Virus record (IMG/VR): IMGVR_UViG_3300036770_003943
Coordinates: 1-64,000 of that record
Strand: one strand, 5' to 3'
DNA length: 64,000 nucleotides
How positions within the stretch are numbered: position 1 is the stretch's first letter; every line of letters begins with the position of its first letter. Under the pieces are notes generated by a model. The model saw nothing but the letters and a program-made list of their open reading frames with translations. It had not been told where the DNA came from and searched no databases. The position numbers and the translations under genes are program-made. Shown here piece after piece: positions 7,537-17,003 of the stretch.

Positions 7537-7542
7537 TATTTA
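7537..7542 (-). promoter_or_regulatory. Late-type TAAATA box upstream of the tmRNA acceptor piece
   Basis: Same TAAATA motif as precedes structural genes in this window. Confidence 0.55.
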
Positions 7543-7544
7543 TT

Positions 7545-7628
7545 TTATGTAAACATTACTGCTAATACAAACATTAGCACTAGCAATGAGAATATTACAG
7601 TGGTATTTTTATTTTCCGGGTCGACCAT
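7545..7628 (-). CDS. 27-aa single-pass membrane peptide
   Basis: Manual translation MVDPENKNTTVIFSLLVLMFVLAVMFT; fills the gap exactly. Confidence 0.5.
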   Translation of the reverse strand: MVDPENKNTTVIFSLLVLMFVLAVMFT

Positions 7629-7629
7629 T

Positions 7630-7824
7630 TTATTTCCCCCAATACATGTCGCCTATTATCCAAGGTTTCTCAGATTCAGCAGCACGACTAATTAAATCAG
7701 TAATTTGTTCTGTTTGACTTTTTATTTCAATCTGTTGATTTGACAAAATTTTTCTTTGTCTATCAACATCGACTCTATCTAACGAATCTTCAATAAACTT
7801 TTTTACTTGTTCGTTAGCAGACAT
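7630..7824 (-). CDS. Hypothetical protein
   Basis: 64-aa ORF in operon spacing. Confidence 0.6.
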   Translation of the reverse strand: MSANEQVKKFIEDSLDRVDVDRQRKILSNQQIEIKSQTEQITDLISRAAESEKPWIIGDMYWGK

Positions 7825-7827
7825 GAC

Positions 7828-8223
7828 TCATTGAAATGTTTGCGTAAACCTGCGACCTCGATATTCAAATGTAACTATTTCACCAGCTAAAACTTGAACA
7901 GGCTGTTGACTACAACGTATCTGCATTTCTACTGTGCCACCGTCGTTTTGACTACCCAGTTGTCCGCCAATTACAGCACCAGCTGCTGTGGCAATTTCTC
8001 TGCCATGACCTCCGCCAATTTGATTACCAATGGCAGCACCGACAATGGCGCCGACTACACCACCTCCTGTATTTCGTCTTTCAACTGGGACCTGAGTACA
8101 CTGTTGTTGATAGCTAGTAACATATCTAGGCTGACGTGCCACAACAACAGCAACATCTTGTGTCATTGACTGGGCGTAGACGGTTGGACTAATTAACAAA
8201 AGTGATAGAATAAGTTTTTTCAT
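7828..8223 (-). CDS. Glycine-zipper 2TM envelope protein with signal peptide
   Basis: MKKLILSLLLISPTVYA signal; GGVVGAIVGAAIGNQIGGGHGR..ATAAGAVIGGQLG zipper. Confidence 0.85.
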   Translation of the reverse strand: MKKLILSLLLISPTVYAQSMTQDVAVVVARQPRYVTSYQQQCTQVPVERRNTGGGVVGAIVGAAIGNQIGGGHGREIATAAGAVIGGQLGSQNDGGTVEMQIRCSQQPVQVLAGEIVTFEYRGRRFTQTFQ

Positions 8224-8229
8224 TTTATG

Positions 8230-8442
8230 TTATAGAATAGTTGCAATGTCTTGCTCAATGGTCATTTTACCTTCGCAGGCTACGTTCCATTTAACTACCC
8301 CATCTTCTATAGTTTTTTCACCGTACATCGGTACAAAAATTTTAAAATCTTTTACCAAATGTTCTACACCATTTTCAAAAATTCTCCACACATAATCACT
8401 TGAACCATGGTGAGTATTATACCTAATATGATACTTTTTCAT
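8230..8442 (-). CDS. Hypothetical protein
   Basis: 70-aa ORF coupled to neighbours. Confidence 0.65.
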   Translation of the reverse strand: MKKYHIRYNTHHGSSDYVWRIFENGVEHLVKDFKIFVPMYGEKTIEDGVVKWNVACEGKMTIEQDIATIL

Positions 8443-8768
8443 TGTGCCTCTGCTCGAATTAAAACTTCTTGTGCTGCTCCGTTTACTAACATAATTACTT
8501 TCTTATATGTTATTCCATCAATAACAACATATTGTGGATTTTGAACTATTTGTGGTTGCTGAACAATTACAGGATCCGGACGAGTTGCCGCATAGACCAC
8601 TGTGCCACCTATTAAGGCGGGAACGATCCAGCTATGATTATGATGCCAGTGATGGGCAGGCGGAGCCCAATGTCTGTGCTGTCTGTGTCCATGATGTGGT
8701 CCTGCTAGTGTTTGACCGGCATATGTTATGCCTAGAGCTGCTACTAAACCTATAACAAAATGTTTCAT
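8439..8768 (-). CDS. Secreted His-rich small protein
   Basis: Signal peptide ending ...QTLA; GPHHGHRQHRHW..HHWHHNH; W.VPALIGG.V hydrophobic patch. Confidence 0.7.
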   Translation of the reverse strand: MKHFVIGLVAALGITYAGQTLAGPHHGHRQHRHWAPPAHHWHHNHSWIVPALIGGTVVYAATRPDPVIVQQPQIVQNPQYVVIDGITYKKVIMLVNGAAQEVLIRAEAQ

Positions 8769-8816
8769 AATAGTTCTCCTATATACTATTTAATGCTTTG
8801 AGCAAAATTTGGTTGA

Positions 8817-9665
8817 CTATGTCCAAAGACTTTCCCGAATTTTGATCAAACGACACATCATTTCGGTATCTTCGTCTTGTTGTTCTTGCTCAATCTTTTG
8901 ACATAGATCCAAAATTCTCATAGTTTCCTTACGCTCATCCTCGGTCTCGCTTTCGCTGCCTAAAAATGCCAAATCACTTAACCCTTGTTCTCTGGCTTTT
9001 TCTCTACTCAAATCACAGCGAGCACTCCAACCACTGGCATCGTGTGGGTCTGGACGGTTGGGATAGACTTCTTTCCACCAAGTGTATAGTTCAAGAATTT
9101 CCCGTGCTGCTATGGCTTGATGAGTGGGTTCTTCCCGTTCGCCCTCTTCAATAAAGTCTTTATTGGTCAAAGTCATTGCCCATTTAAGATGATCTACACC
9201 GGCTTCTGGACTACGCCAAGTACGCCAACGGAACCATCCTGTGGAATACCAAGGACTCTTATATTTCTCACGAGCCTCCTTGTCCCAGGCTATGTGACTC
9301 CAAGCAGACTCAACTTCAACAAAATCAACGAGCTCATTGAAAAGACAAGGCAGAAAACGATTACCAACATCACGCCACTGCCCCCGTGGAATATCTCTTG
9401 GGTGTGCAGTAAGAGCGTGAGTGCGAGTGATCCAACGATTATTAATATAATACTTAAGGTCATAAACACGATCAATAGGCCACCATAAAAAACTCTGTAC
9501 GTAGTCAAGACCTTCTTCAGTGATCCAATATCTAATGGGATACTTTTCCTTGGAGGCCTTATGCCATGTGGCCCAACCCAGACTGGTCTCGGCAGTGGGC
9601 TTGTCTGATCCACGTAGCCAATCAGCAAACCTGCTACAACTCCAGTAATGTTTTCTAGTGGCCAT
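8817..9665 (-). CDS. Hypothetical Trp-rich phage protein
   Basis: 282-aa ORF with AAGGA RBS. Confidence 0.8.
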   Translation of the reverse strand: MATRKHYWSCSRFADWLRGSDKPTAETSLGWATWHKASKEKYPIRYWITEEGLDYVQSFLWWPIDRVYDLKYYINNRWITRTHALTAHPRDIPRGQWRDVGNRFLPCLFNELVDFVEVESAWSHIAWDKEAREKYKSPWYSTGWFRWRTWRSPEAGVDHLKWAMTLTNKDFIEEGEREEPTHQAIAAREILELYTWWKEVYPNRPDPHDASGWSARCDLSREKAREQGLSDLAFLGSESETEDERKETMRILDLCQKIEQEQQDEDTEMMCRLIKIRESLWT

Positions 9666-9964
9666 TAAATGTTTCCTTTTTTCAATCTTTGGATAAATCT
9701 CGCCTGTACCAACAATTCAGCCGATTCGGGATCTCGCAATATTTCATGCCATTCTTTCGCTATAATAAGCAATTTTTCCAAGTCCTCTTCGGGAATTTGA
9801 GCTTCGATAATGTTTATGTCGTCATGAATCATATTATTTGTCTTGTCAATATCGATGATTGGATCTAAAAAAACATTTAATGTCATTATTCTTGGACGTT
9901 TTGTTATACTACTAACATTGATATTATAGTAGTTAGCAATACTAGTCAAGGACTTATTTTTCAT
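9665..9964 (-). CDS. Hypothetical protein
   Basis: ORF 9665-9988; likely ATG at 9964. Confidence 0.6.
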   Translation of the reverse strand: MKNKSLTSIANYYNINVSSITKRPRIMTLNVFLDPIIDIDKTNNMIHDDINIIEAQIPEEDLEKLLIIAKEWHEILRDPESAELLVQARFIQRLKKGNI

Positions 9965-10391
9965 TGTTAATAACACCTTCCAATGCATTGTTTATTTGAC
10001 TGAGGCAAATATTCGACTGTGTATAACCATCGACTAAAGCCTGCTTGTAACTTTCAGTAGGTAAGGAATACTGACTATCTCGAGTCATCTTATAGACCAT
10101 AGCGATAATATTTTCATATGGTTTGCCATTCAATGGCTTGACTACTACTTCTTTCTTTATGTAGTAAAAGGGAAAACCTTCAAATTGATCTAAACTAAAC
10201 TCGCAGTCCTTTGATAAACTCCAAAGTACTCCCCACATACCTTTAGATAAATCATGTTCAATATCCGCATGATTTCTAAATACCAATTTATAATTTTCTA
10301 AATAAGCAGGTCCGATACAATCGGCTGCTGGACACCTTATTTTCATATGACTTTTATTGGTATTATATCCATAGGCAAAGTAGTATCTCAT
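9954..10391 (-). CDS. Gamma-glutamylcyclotransferase (GGCT/AIG2-like)
   Basis: YFAYG.N..M..RCP.A, WGVLW, LD.FEG.P..Y; ATGA overlap with upstream gene. Confidence 0.85.
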   Translation of the reverse strand: MRYYFAYGYNTNKSHMKIRCPAADCIGPAYLENYKLVFRNHADIEHDLSKGMWGVLWSLSKDCEFSLDQFEGFPFYYIKKEVVVKPLNGKPYENIIAMVYKMTRDSQYSLPTESYKQALVDGYTQSNICLSQINNALEGVINNEK

Positions 10392-10711
10392 ACTGTAACT
10401 TTTATTATATTCTTTACTGTAAAACTGCGCCATCCAGCGGCCTCTAAATCATACACTGCTATTGTAGTTGTGCTTTCTTTACGCTTAACTTCGGTTTGAG
10501 ATTCAGTTATCGCAGGAATCAGCCGTGTGCTTCGCGTACATCGCATGGTTCTTTCTGTGCCATCTTTTTTAAAAAAGACCACGGTAATTTCCTGATTACT
10601 TAATAAACCCAGTAACCATTCACGCAGCTTGGCCCAGTCATATTCGGTCCAGTCTTTGCTGTCATCGAAATTAAACTGTGCTTGATTTTGCTCTTGATTT
10701 AACATAGTCAT
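10388..10711 (-). CDS. WYL-like SH3-fold protein (WYL_2 type)
   Basis: TVVFFKKDGTERTMRCT and VYDLEAAGWRSF motifs. Confidence 0.75.
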   Translation of the reverse strand: MTMLNQEQNQAQFNFDDSKDWTEYDWAKLREWLLGLLSNQEITVVFFKKDGTERTMRCTRSTRLIPAITESQTEVKRKESTTTIAVYDLEAAGWRSFTVKNIIKVTV

Positions 10712-10784
10712 AGATCCATTAATTGTTAACTGCTAGTCTTTTTTCTAAATTTGGTTAATACACTAGTAAGTGTATAAACTCCTT

Positions 10785-10820
10785 AATATGAGTATACGAT
10801 ATAATCTTTACGTTGTCAAG
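10785..10820 (-). promoter_or_regulatory. Sigma70-type early promoter
   Basis: TTGACA-17-TATACT. Confidence 0.75.
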
Positions 10821-10835
10821 CCCTGAATAACCAAT

Positions 10836-11216
10836 CTAGTAAATTTCTTCGTAACTGGCTATTACACTGACATTAGTAACTGTACTGGCACCAGTTACTG
10901 CTAGGTTTATACTTTGGCCTTCTTCCAAATATAAGGTATTAACTTTGGTTATGATATCTCGACGATCCCACCAAACTATCGGTGATGCTGGTGTAGTTGC
11001 TTGCCAATTATCTAATACATAATTTACACTATTTTGGTTAATTCTAAAACTAAACACATAGGCAATATTGTTAGTCCAAATACTCAGATGATTTATTTTA
11101 ATTAATTTACCGCTATTAGCAGCATTGGTTAGTAAAGTGGTAGACAGTGCGGTGATATTAAAGGTAGCTGTTTTACCAATAATTCTTATTGCTGCTATTA
11201 TATTAGGTGCGGCCAT
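10836..11216 (-). CDS. Small putative virion protein
   Basis: MAAPNII.. start, beta-rich, ends ASYEEI. Confidence 0.6.
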   Translation of the reverse strand: MAAPNIIAAIRIIGKTATFNITALSTTLLTNAANSGKLIKINHLSIWTNNIAYVFSFRINQNSVNYVLDNWQATTPASPIVWWDRRDIITKVNTLYLEEGQSINLAVTGASTVTNVSVIASYEEIY

Positions 11217-11224
11217 GTTAATAC

Positions 11225-13501
11225 TTATCCAAAGACCATTGAAATTCCCACGGCTCTTGCCTGAGCACTAGCATTTGCTGAATTAGCTAGGTTTAATTGT
11301 GGCTCATCTGCCGGAGGGCTAACTGGACCAAGACTATCATGATACTCTATCAGAGTTTGAATTTTAGTATTATTTTTTCCTTTAATATGAAGGTAAAGTT
11401 TATAATTAACTGGATTGGTTGTAATATAAGTTCTAGTAGTATCTGTTAAACTGGTGCTTACCTTATTACTATATATAAATTCGTTTACTGGTAGACTTGA
11501 TACATTTGCTTCGCGATTAGTACTAAGATTAAGTTCAATGATATTACTAGATATTTCTGCAGTTAATTCTTCTACTCCAGTTAACTTGCTGTTAATTGGA
11601 CTGCTATCGTTTTCTGGATTTGATATAGTAAGAAGATAGTCGTAGTTATCTGTTAACGGTAATTTAGTGTCGTTTATGATTTCTATATTAGGATCAAATT
11701 TGATAGCTGCTAAAATTTCTGTTGGAGCAGCAGATGGGCTATTGCTGTTAGCAAGGTAGCAGATAATCTGATTTATGTCGTAGCCACTGTCATCATTTAT
11801 ATATTGTTTTAGGAAAAAATACTTACCAACCCCAACTTGTTGTACATATTTTATAATACGATTTCCTTCAATCACCAGTCCTTCATCATCAAAAGTTTCT
11901 TCATCGTTTTGAATAGTATATCCATTATTATACTCTAACACAGTGTTTGATGTAGTATAGCTAGCAGTTTCACTGACCACGGTGGTTGTAATACGATACC
12001 GTCTTCTCTTATAGGCATAATCATAATTTACAGTAGCTCCTAATGGATCAGTGTTAGTAGCATTGACCAAATTTAGCCATGCTTTACGATAAGCCTGACT
12101 AAGATCATAGGTTCTATCAGCCAATGGTATAACAGTTGGACTAGTGCTGTCAACTACTATGGTACCTGATTGACTGCCTCCTTGTTGTCGCCAATATAGT
12201 GTATTTGGAGTGGTAGGGTTTTGTATATTCACTGCCCAATCTATTTCACCAGTGGAAAATTCTGTAGTAGTGTCTGCGGTAATTACATCTAAGCCTAATC
12301 CATATTCAGGATCTTTTGTATATCTTATACCACTAGTCCAAACTAGGGTATGGCTGGCATCACTGTAAAATTTAATTATGGTAGAGGATAATTCTAGACC
12401 AATTCTATAATGCTTGCCTCTGGCTATGTTCACATCTGATACCACGGTTCCTTGATTATTTTTTATCTTAATAGAGCCAGATTCTTCGTAAAACAAATAG
12501 TCATACTGTTCATAGCCAGCGGTGGGATTAGTAGTTGGTGTAGCAATATTAAGATCGGTATTAACTGTATCCCACCCCATGTAGTTTGGATCTCCTGTTA
12601 TAGTTTTTTTCTCAAAGCCAATTACATTACCGCAATAGTCTAAGATTTCTACAACTTGAAACCGAACATTATCAGCAAATAATGGATCTGTTCTATTCAA
12701 GACAAAATCCACATCTCCAGGAATCATCATTGTGGTTGGATTCTTATATTCGATACCATTTTTATCTTTTACCACAATATCATCGCTGGCACTTTTAGTT
12801 CTTCTTATGGCATTTACAGTATTTCTTTTTTCATTAATACCCAATGGATCAGTAAGATTTTTACCTAAACGTTTTAATTCACTGTTAAGTCTGCGCTTCT
12901 GTCCTTTAAGGTTAGCTTCAAATGCTGTCATTGTGCCGGATAAATTGACAGGATCATTTTTGAATTGCTGTATAGCATTTTTTAATGATTTTAAATCACC
13001 AGTTACATTACTCCAATCTATTCTTAATCCAGTTGGGCCGCCGCCGAGACATACCTTAGGATTGCTGGTTTGTGCCAAAGCATTCATTATATTGTTTGCT
13101 TGGCCAAATAAGTTTTGATTAAGTTGTCCAAGTACATCAGGAATTTTAGGAGCCGCAACTGGGCTAGGACAGAGGCCACCTAGACTGAATACATTACTAA
13201 TTTGTCCTAAGGTAGCATTAACTTGTCCCAGTATTCTATCATAGCCACTTAGACTTTTGAAGTTATTAAGGGATGACTTGAGTTGAACCAAGGCAGCACT
13301 TAGAGTTGACAGTGCGCTAACACCGCTTAAGTCTTTGATCAAATCGTCTATAGCTAATTGTACACAAACTAATTTTCCTTTCCATAAATCTTTAAGACGC
13401 CCAGCCAGCAACATACAAATAAGATCTTTTTCATTCCTTGGTAAGTTGGCTGGAAATGTTACCTTTAGTGCGCCTGTGTTTAATGGAGGAATTGTGGCCA
13501 T
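11225..13501 (-). CDS. Large putative virion structural protein
   Basis: 758 aa, T/N/S-rich C-terminal two-thirds, follows the PAAR gene. Confidence 0.65.
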   Translation of the reverse strand: MATIPPLNTGALKVTFPANLPRNEKDLICMLLAGRLKDLWKGKLVCVQLAIDDLIKDLSGVSALSTLSAALVQLKSSLNNFKSLSGYDRILGQVNATLGQISNVFSLGGLCPSPVAAPKIPDVLGQLNQNLFGQANNIMNALAQTSNPKVCLGGGPTGLRIDWSNVTGDLKSLKNAIQQFKNDPVNLSGTMTAFEANLKGQKRRLNSELKRLGKNLTDPLGINEKRNTVNAIRRTKSASDDIVVKDKNGIEYKNPTTMMIPGDVDFVLNRTDPLFADNVRFQVVEILDYCGNVIGFEKKTITGDPNYMGWDTVNTDLNIATPTTNPTAGYEQYDYLFYEESGSIKIKNNQGTVVSDVNIARGKHYRIGLELSSTIIKFYSDASHTLVWTSGIRYTKDPEYGLGLDVITADTTTEFSTGEIDWAVNIQNPTTPNTLYWRQQGGSQSGTIVVDSTSPTVIPLADRTYDLSQAYRKAWLNLVNATNTDPLGATVNYDYAYKRRRYRITTTVVSETASYTTSNTVLEYNNGYTIQNDEETFDDEGLVIEGNRIIKYVQQVGVGKYFFLKQYINDDSGYDINQIICYLANSNSPSAAPTEILAAIKFDPNIEIINDTKLPLTDNYDYLLTISNPENDSSPINSKLTGVEELTAEISSNIIELNLSTNREANVSSLPVNEFIYSNKVSTSLTDTTRTYITTNPVNYKLYLHIKGKNNTKIQTLIEYHDSLGPVSPPADEPQLNLANSANASAQARAVGISMVFG

Positions 13502-13503
13502 GT

Positions 13504-13776
13504 TTAGTTAACAAATACGTTTGGACTATAAGGTTTGTGTCGCTCATGGCCACAAGTATCTTTATCACCTACACGATTAATACCTTTATTTTCAATGTAA
13601 ACATTTTTACTACCATTTTCAGTGAAAGCAATAACGTGCGCTTTTTTCCCATGAGGCGCTACGTTACTACCGTCAACACTAACTAGTAGATTATTCGCAT
13701 ATACACTGTTTTGCAGTACCTTTGTGATTTCTGCGTCAGCATCATTTCGATCAGAGTATCTGTGAACCTGCGGCAT
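13504..13776 (-). CDS. PAAR-like tail spike tip protein (gp5.4-like)
   Basis: G..VAPHG...H, GS.NVYIE...I.RVGD...CGH motifs. Confidence 0.8.
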   Translation of the reverse strand: MPQVHRYSDRNDADAEITKVLQNSVYANNLLVSVDGSNVAPHGKKAHVIAFTENGSKNVYIENKGINRVGDKDTCGHERHKPYSPNVFVN

Positions 13777-14077
13777 GTAATATACTGGATTTTCTAACCG
13801 GCGAAATTCCAGTGGTGCTTTCTATATAGGCATCTTCTACCTTGTCATTGGTAGCTGCTATACAAATAATATTGGTTGTTTTAAACAAATATTCAGCATC
13901 TGGATCTGCGGTCATCATAAAAGGCACCATCGCGAGCCCATCCCTACTGGCAGCAAGAATAACTGGTTTACTCATGGTAATTCCTTCTGAATCTTGAAGA
14001 ATTACACGACCAACCACTTCATCTCCACTGGTTAACTTAAGACTTAGTGTTTTTCCTACATTATTTTCTTTTAACAT
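13751..14077 (-). CDS. Sm-like fold protein
   Basis: LKLTSGDEVVGRV..., P.IL......L.MVPFM pattern common in T4-like phages. Confidence 0.55.
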   Translation of the reverse strand: MLKENNVGKTLSLKLTSGDEVVGRVILQDSEGITMSKPVILAASRDGLAMVPFMMTADPDAEYLFKTTNIICIAATNDKVEDAYIESTTGISPVRKSSILHAAGSQIL

Positions 14078-14085
14078 ATTAGTAT

Positions 14086-14325
14086 TTATTGTGTTTTAAG
14101 CCACGCAACTAGATCAGTATAACCACCAACGGCCTGATCATTGATAAAGATTTGAGGAACTGTGCGTGGGGCAACTCCTAAACGAGTCGTTAATTGTTCT
14201 AACAACTGTTCTCTTGTATCGATATTAATGTAATGCTCTGTATATTCCCATCCTTTGCTGTCAAACAATTTCTTTGCTTGGACACAATAAGGGCAATTAT
14301 CTTTTGTGTAAATCTCCACTTTCAT
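14086..14325 (-). CDS. grxC: Glutaredoxin
   Basis: CPYC active site, TVPQIFI, GGY.DL. Confidence 0.93.
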   Translation of the reverse strand: MKVEIYTKDNCPYCVQAKKLFDSKGWEYTEHYINIDTREQLLEQLTTRLGVAPRTVPQIFINDQAVGGYTDLVAWLKTQ

Positions 14326-14456
14326 TTTCTTTATCCATTTCCTTTGCTATCTTTTCGCATTGATCTTTGAGACTGCACCTCCGTGTGCTGACCCTAACAG
14401 TGGCTACTTGATCCATACAAGACCCTGCTACTCCCATACCCGCTAGCGGACACCAA

Positions 14457-14987
14457 TCATCTTCCTGGGGGATTGTAAGTTTGTTCGTATTCATAGCGAG
14501 CAACTCTATAGAACTGGTCTTGAGTGCCAGGTTCCTGAACTAGATAGTCCCCTGGCTTTAATGTCATTGGCGAACCCCAGGGTGCTGTAAAATTAACAGC
14601 CTGTGATCCGGTGTATTTGGCCACCATTCTAACTGCATTGATATCAGGTTTGCGTCGACCATTGCCGGCTTCGATGGGATAATTTTTAACTAACTTAGAT
14701 TCTGCACCAATGTTGTATTTTTCTTTGCTGGGCCCGCTAACAATGACATCTCCTATATTGACAGCCTTGAAGGTTTCGTGCCCATCCTCGGTTATAGTTT
14801 CAAGTTGAAACTGTTCACCGCTTTTTCCAAAACTTAGAGCAGGCATTTGATCAATGTTTTCTTGATCAATTGGCTGTTGTACAGGACTATAAGTTAGATC
14901 CTTTTTATGAGTTGGTAAAAACTTTAGTTGGCTAGCAACTTGATTGATATCAACTTCATTTAATGTTATTTCATTTATTTTCATCAT
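14457..14987 (-). CDS. PGDYG-family-like protein with MKINEI..E N-terminal extension
   Basis: APWG..MTLKPGDYLV and Y.V....YEQTY motifs. Confidence 0.6.
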   Translation of the reverse strand: MMKINEITLNEVDINQVASQLKFLPTHKKDLTYSPVQQPIDQENIDQMPALSFGKSGEQFQLETITEDGHETFKAVNIGDVIVSGPSKEKYNIGAESKLVKNYPIEAGNGRRKPDINAVRMVAKYTGSQAVNFTAPWGSPMTLKPGDYLVQEPGTQDQFYRVARYEYEQTYNPPGR

Positions 14988-14995
14988 AGCTCCTA

Positions 14996-16108
14996 TTATA
15001 ACGCAGGTAATGCGTCGTAGTCAATACTGTCGCTCATCACACCAATCACATAATTAGTGCTTTCATTTTCCTGTAAGGCTGTTTGCTTCTTGCTAGTGTC
15101 GCTGTGTTTATTAAACCAAGGAATAGGGGTTGTTTTTGGTGCAGGTTCATGATACTTGAGACCAATTTCTTTTAGAGCACCAGCAGCAGTATAATCAACA
15201 AAGTCTTTTAATATATGTGCGTTCAATCCAATCACAGGACCTTTCTTAAACAAATAATCAGCCCAGGCTTTTTCTTCACGTATAACATCCATGTAGAGTT
15301 GATAGACTTCTGCTTCGCATTCCTGTTTGGCCTGTGAGAATCTTAGATCTTCTTTAGCCACCTGATTAATCAACCAAGCAGTCCAACCTTTGTGCAATAA
15401 TTCATCTTGTAGTATTAAACTGATAATGTTTCCATTACCAATAAAGATCTTATTCTCCACCATTGCCAGGCTAGTGGCAAAACTTACCATAAACCTTAGT
15501 GCCTCAAGAGCATAACTGGCATTAAGTGCTAACCAAATTGCTTTAATATGTGTTGATTCAAGAAATGGTATAGATGGAGGCTCGGAAGTTTCTTTAATAC
15601 AATTTAATTTATGCAGGTCATCGTAATATTTGCCTACACTACTTGCCATACTTACAATCTCTTGTGTATCGTGTATAGTGTTGAATACATCCTTGGGTAC
15701 ATTATAGATGTTACGAATAATATGACTGTAACTGCGACTATGTATGTTAGTCTCAAAGAATGTCCAATTGTAAACTAAGGCTTCTAATTCAGGTAAACTA
15801 ATTACAGGAGTAAAAATTTGACTAGGTCCACGACCCTGTATACTGTCAAGAGCAGTTTGTCTAAGCAAGTTGCTGGTAAAAATATGTTTCACAGCATCGC
15901 TAGCTTCTTTGAAATCTTGTGCGTCTTTAGTTAAACTAATCTCTTCTGGTACCCAAAAGAAACCACGAGCAGTTTTTTCAAACTCGGCGAGTTTATTGTA
16001 TTTGACTTCTTCGAACCTTTGTACGGTCACTGGACCCATGACATCCAAAAACATCTTGCGATTGGTATAGTCGGTAGATTTGGTAAGATTATACTGTGCT
16101 GAACTCAT
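14996..16108 (-). CDS. nrdB: Ribonucleotide reductase class Ia beta subunit
   Basis: FWVPEEI, E..HSRSY, LEALRF..SF, DE.LH iron ligands; QE.E...Y C-terminus. Confidence 0.97.
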   Translation of the reverse strand: MSSAQYNLTKSTDYTNRKMFLDVMGPVTVQRFEEVKYNKLAEFEKTARGFFWVPEEISLTKDAQDFKEASDAVKHIFTSNLLRQTALDSIQGRGPSQIFTPVISLPELEALVYNWTFFETNIHSRSYSHIIRNIYNVPKDVFNTIHDTQEIVSMASSVGKYYDDLHKLNCIKETSEPPSIPFLESTHIKAIWLALNASYALEALRFMVSFATSLAMVENKIFIGNGNIISLILQDELLHKGWTAWLINQVAKEDLRFSQAKQECEAEVYQLYMDVIREEKAWADYLFKKGPVIGLNAHILKDFVDYTAAGALKEIGLKYHEPAPKTTPIPWFNKHSDTSKKQTALQENESTNYVIGVMSDSIDYDALPAL

Positions 16109-17003
16109 TTATATTTCCTATTTTATTTACTCTGGCAAAATTGCTAATACATTCATCGTAACTTTTAAATAATGGTCTCCATGCTGGTCTTAGCATAGTT
16201 GTTACACAAAATACAGCATGTAATCGAGGCATGGTTCCTTTGTTGTAAAAAGTATGGCGCATATGGCCGTTAAAAAGATATAATGATCCATCTGCTGGCA
16301 TATGAAATGTACCCATTGATTTTCCTGTTTGAGGATGATAGAATTCTGTAGCGCAATATTCATTTGTATATACAGGGATATGTACTCTTATATCTCCGTC
16401 AACGTGGCTACTACTTATCATATTATCTTTTGTAAGTAAAAATCGTCCATAATATAAAACAAGGTTACTGTTTAAAAATGTGTCTAGCATAGGACGAAAG
16501 ATGTCTGCCCAGTCGTTTAAAACAAAATAGCTAGTTCCCTTTGTTCTTGTTTTTTTAATATCATAACTTAGTTTAAGATCTGGACGGTCATCCCAATTAA
16601 TTAAATCGATGCTATCTTCAGTCTTCTTTTTATCCCATTTTTCAAACCAAAGAGAATCAAAGGTATATCCATAAGGTGTAAAGTAAAGAGTTTGACCAGT
16701 CTTTGGATCGGGATTATTTGTTATGCTACTAGCATCTAAACTGTCATAATTTGGATCTACAATTTTGTCTTTTACATAATCATGTTGTATACTAATACCA
16801 CTATATTTTTCCCCATAGATTGTGGTATCTTTTTTCCTATAGTTAAGTTTTTTACTCAATGAATCTAATTTACGTATAAATTGTTCACTGGCCTTGAAAA
16901 ACGGATTCTCAAATCTAATAACAGTCCATGTGGCCTGTTCTATTTCAGCTGAATGAACCAATTGTGGTATTTCTTCCCACTTTACTGAAGGCATCATGGT
17001 CAT
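16089..17003 (-). CDS. Asp/Asn beta-hydroxylase-like Fe(II)/2OG oxygenase
   Basis: H-V-D...RVHIP..TN...H motif set (SHVDGDIRVHIPV; NGHMRH; RLHAVF). Confidence 0.7.
   Translation of the reverse strand: MTMMPSVKWEEIPQLVHSAEIEQATWTVIRFENPFFKASEQFIRKLDSLSKKLNYRKKDTTIYGEKYSGISIQHDYVKDKIVDPNYDSLDASSITNNPDPKTGQTLYFTPYGYTFDSLWFEKWDKKKTEDSIDLINWDDRPDLKLSYDIKKTRTKGTSYFVLNDWADIFRPMLDTFLNSNLVLYYGRFLLTKDNMISSSHVDGDIRVHIPVYTNEYCATEFYHPQTGKSMGTFHMPADGSLYLFNGHMRHTFYNKGTMPRLHAVFCVTTMLRPAWRPLFKSYDECISNFARVNKIGNINEFSTV

Noticed and set aside
10745-10784. TAAGGAG plus a small hairpin in the leader of the WYL-like gene
   Set aside because: No start codon at usable spacing and the stem is only 6 bp AT-rich; insufficient to call a leader peptide or riboregulator.
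14297-14503. Cys-containing 68-aa ORF between the PGDYG gene and glutaredoxin
   Set aside because: It overlaps both neighbours, has no clear RBS and no recognisable motif; it could be a real ~46-aa gene but cannot be supported.
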